Shown piece after piece: positions 48,520 to 52,279 of a DNA stretch of 52,279 bases. Origin of the DNA: Octopus bimaculoides (taxonomy: Eukaryota); assembly GCF_001194135.2 (NCBI RefSeq), contig NC_068987.1, positions 44,578,508 through 44,630,786 on the forward strand, read 5' to 3'. Numbering within the stretch: position 1 is the first letter of the stretch; the number at the start of each line of letters is the position of its first letter. The notes below the pieces were generated by a model, which saw only the letters and a program-made list of their open reading frames with translations, had not been told where the DNA came from and ran no database searches. The position numbers and the translations under genes were made by a program.

Positions 48520-48903
48520 GTAAGTTGCTTTATTTTGTACATGTGTTCCTTCATGCTGGAATTTGCTTGATAGTGTTTATGGTTCTGCATTGTTTCACTC
48601 TCTATGTAGAAAAAAGCAGCCAAATCTTTTTCAAGTTACACCCTACTCATCATTTTACATTCATATTTCTGTGCTCGGATGAATTAGGAGGAATTCATGG
48701 AGACAGTCTTTTCATGGTTGGATGCCCTTCTTGTTGCCAACTCTCACTTATTTGTAAACAAGGTAATATTTCTCTATGGCCTGACATATTTTTGCAAAAT
48801 ATTGGAAATGAATGACACTGCTTGTTTGACAGTGGCACTCATTTGCAAGGCAAGGAGACACAAACATACATTCTCTCTTTCTCTTTCTTTCTCTCTCTCT
48901 CTC

Positions 48904-48961
<58 letters not shown>

Positions 48962-49387
48962 TAAATTACAAAGTGCTCTTGATGGAAGTTTATCTTCACA
49001 CCTTGCCTCAGGTGTTGATATACTCCTTTGGTTTTTGATGCTTTTCAGATTTTGAAAGTAGAAATTGAGTTACCTACAATAATCCAAACACATGGCTTTT
49101 ATTCTTTGTGACTCAAGATGATGTACAACATGCTGACATCCAGCAGCTACACTATGTATATGTATATTACTGTAATGATATGGTGTTGCTGGTTTCTGCC
49201 TTGAAATGATATGCTGGAAATTGTTTTCCAGATAAAAGATGGCAGTGCCAAGCTGAAAGAATTTATTATTTTAATTTTTGAGAAGAAAATAGAAAAATCA
49301 AGCCTCTTAGAGCTGCTGATGAATTTTGTCATCATTAATGTTCTTGTTGCTGATTTCTTTTTGTCCTTGATTGTGTCTTTGATGTAG

Positions 49388-49729
<342 letters not shown>

Positions 49730-50631
49730 TGAAAAAACGTTGGCCCTTGTCAGTAATTTGTACTCAATTGTCACATTCCTTGACTAAAATTTTCTTCTTT
49801 TAACATTTCTTTTATATTCCAGCAATCCCATTTTTGTTTTGTGTTTGTGTGCGTAAAGATGAGAAGCAGTCTGATGCCTCGTAAGCTGGGATATAAGAAT
49901 AACTAATTGAAATTAGTGAATGGAAGGATAAACTTGACTTACTGTCATGATGAAGAGAGATTTAATAAAGGTTTTAATTCAGTGGTTTAAATATAAGACT
50001 GAGTGAGGAATTGTCTGCAAGAGAAGAGAAAGAATTGTATGAGTTTGGATGTCATGGTATAGAACTGAAGGAATTACTCCTTGTTTAGTTACATAATGTT
50101 TCTGATTTATAAGAAACTATGTTTCTAACAGTTTGACCTCCATTAACCAACAATTTCAGTATTTACCATGTTTGTGTATGCGCTCTGTCTAGAGTTAGCA
50201 AGCTTTGAAGTTGTTATAGCAGTACAAATTGTATATTTCTTTAAAGAAAACTAACTCTATCAATCAAAACATTTTACAATATATCTTTCTACGAATTCCC
50301 CCCTCTCTCTTGCTCTTGATAGTGATAATTTATTTTTGTTTGAGATGATTCTCATTAACATAACTTGGGTTCACATTTTAGGCTGCAGTCCCTCCATAAA
50401 ATTACTTTTATTGTAGTTGTTTGGAAAGGGATATACTGCAATAATCAGCAAGCTGGATTTGAGATAGATGTACAATAAAAGACTTTAGTACAACAAATTG
50501 TTTTAAAATGAAAGTATTGAATATATATTACAGTATGTGTATTTTAAATGACTGACTGAAAATGACCAAGCTGTAGCAATTTTGTTGAATGTATTTCTTT
50601 ATATGTTGCTTTCAATAATTTTTTTGTCAAG

Positions 50632-50808
50632 GACTTGAACCTGCAAGTGAATGGACAAATAATGACTGAGGACGAGATCCCAGCCGTATCAGAGTGCAAT
50701 ACTAAAATTTCTGCATTACTCAAAGTTTTTACAACAGTCGTTAGAAGTCTTGGAGATAGCTTCTCACCAAACAAAGGGTCAACTATATCGAAGGAATATA
50801 TATCAGAA
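50632..50808 (+). CDS. SMG1: SMG1 exon 9 (DLNLQVNGQIMTEDEIP...LLKVFTTVVRSLGDSFSPNKGSTISKEYISE)
   Basis: AAG acceptor, GTAAGT donor; matches LLRVFSTVVRSIGERFSP. The gene continues beyond the window. Confidence 0.95.
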
Positions 50809-51947
50809 GTAAGTGTAAAACTTCATTTTTGTTTCTGAATTTCTCTAATTCCTGACTTAGTAGTTAATGGACTCTGCATTATATACAAAGATAAAAGGTT
50901 CTAAAACTAATTTCCATTGAAGCTGGGTCTGTTGTTTCCTTTTAAACCTAGGTCAACTCTAGTTGAGCAGACTTGTGGTCAAAGGCATGCTTGTCTTTCC
51001 TTTCTAGTTTTACATTATCCAATGTCCTTTTTATTTTTGTAAAGATGGTACAGTATGATTTATTCCCTTTTGATACCCACCCACCTGAGACTGCCCTTGG
51101 TCCTATGAAACAAGCATCTATTTTAAAGTGATTTAAATTAAAACCTTTCATCAGAATTTCATATTACTTTATGTTCCAAACATCAGCTTAATAATGACAA
51201 TGTTATTGTTAGAAAGAGATTCTAGCTCTGAAAAGCAAAAAAAATTTCCCCAATGTAAAGATTGTTACAAATACCAACAATAAGATGTGAAGAGAAATTA
51301 GATTAACTCAAATGAGACTGGTTTACCAGTAAAGAGGATGATATTCTGTGATTAAGTAATGGCACGGTCCAGGCATGGCTGTGTGATTGAGAAGTTTGCT
51401 TCCCAACAACATGGTTTTGAATTCAGTTGCAATGCATGGTATCTTGGATAAGTGTTTTCTACTATAGCCCTTGGTCAAACAAGTCCTTGTGTGTGAATTT
51501 GGTAGATAGAAACTGAAAGAAAAACATTTATTGGCTTCAGTGCAAAGAGCCATGGAAAGATCCATACTAGGAATATTATTGGAAGAAAATATCCAAAACT
51601 AGATAACTTGAGAAATAGAGCAGAGTGAATGTTATGATTACAGAATATTGAAAGCACAAGGTCCACTGGGCCAGACTTGTTGCAATTTTCACAAACAACA
51701 TGTGGACCTAGGCATTGCTGAGTGGTATCCAAAGAAATAAGAAAAACCACTTGAAAGGCCTCTGCAATGATGGGAAGATAATTTAGTTACATGATTTGGG
51801 TCAGCATGAAAAAGAATTATGTGATCAAGAAACAATTTGAAGTGTATTGTGACCAGCAATGTATAACAACCAGTAGTCTGGTCAATAGTGATATGCGTGT
51901 TTGTGTGTGATTATATATATATGTGTGTGTGTGTGTATGTATATATA

Positions 51948-52279
51948 TCATCATCATCATCATCGTTTAACGTCCGCTTTCCATGCTAGCATGGGTTGGA
52001 CGATTTGACTGAGGACTGGTGAAACCGGATGGCAACACCAGGCTCCAGTCTGATTTGGCAGAGTTTCTACAGCTGCATGCCCTTCCTAATGCCAACCACT
52101 CAGAGAGTGTAGTGGGTGCTTTTACGTGTCACCCGCACGAAAACGGCCACGCTCGAAATGGTGTCTTTTATGTGCCACCCGCACAAGCCAGTCCAGGGGC
52201 ACTGGCAACGATCTCGCTCGAAAATCCTACAGGAGCCAGTCAGGCGGTACTGGCAACGGCCACGCTCAAAATGGTGCAT
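51948..52279 (-). mobile_element. RTE 3'UTR/tail with ~50-nt tandem subrepeats, continuing off the window
   Basis: (CAT)n tail + TTTAACGTCCGCTTTCCATGC; repeated GCACTGGCAACG units. Confidence 0.85.

Overview
Eukaryotic, AT-rich, repeat-dense genomic DNA with five N gaps. The repeat landscape (RTE LINEs with (GAT)n tails, tRNA-headed SINEs with (ATT)n tails, long TA/CA microsatellites) looks like an Octopus/coleoid genome; this taxon call is inference. Two genes lie head-to-head with start codons about 300 bp apart. NOL11 has exon 1 on the minus strand (6036-6167). SMG1, the NMD PIKK kinase, has nine coding exons on the plus strand (6464-50808) and continues beyond the window. The introns contain degenerate RTE LINEs carrying a PHD-type Cys4-His-Cys3 insert, a CR1/L2-type LINE, two Penelope fragments, a Tigger/pogo deletion derivative, Helitron pieces and many SINEs. 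The main hidden signal is six minimal type-I hammerhead-ribozyme-like motifs, most with palindromic stem III and CpG-type decay. Four sit in small ORF-less tandem or inverted elements of about 350-780 bp, one is in a Penelope 3' remnant and one is in unexplained DNA; together they suggest a retrozyme or non-autonomous Penelope system. Also notable are a candidate in-frame 18-nt SMG1 microexon, uORFs abutting the SMG1 start, and a SINE/LINE shared 3' hairpin. All homology calls are from remembered family sequences, not database searches.
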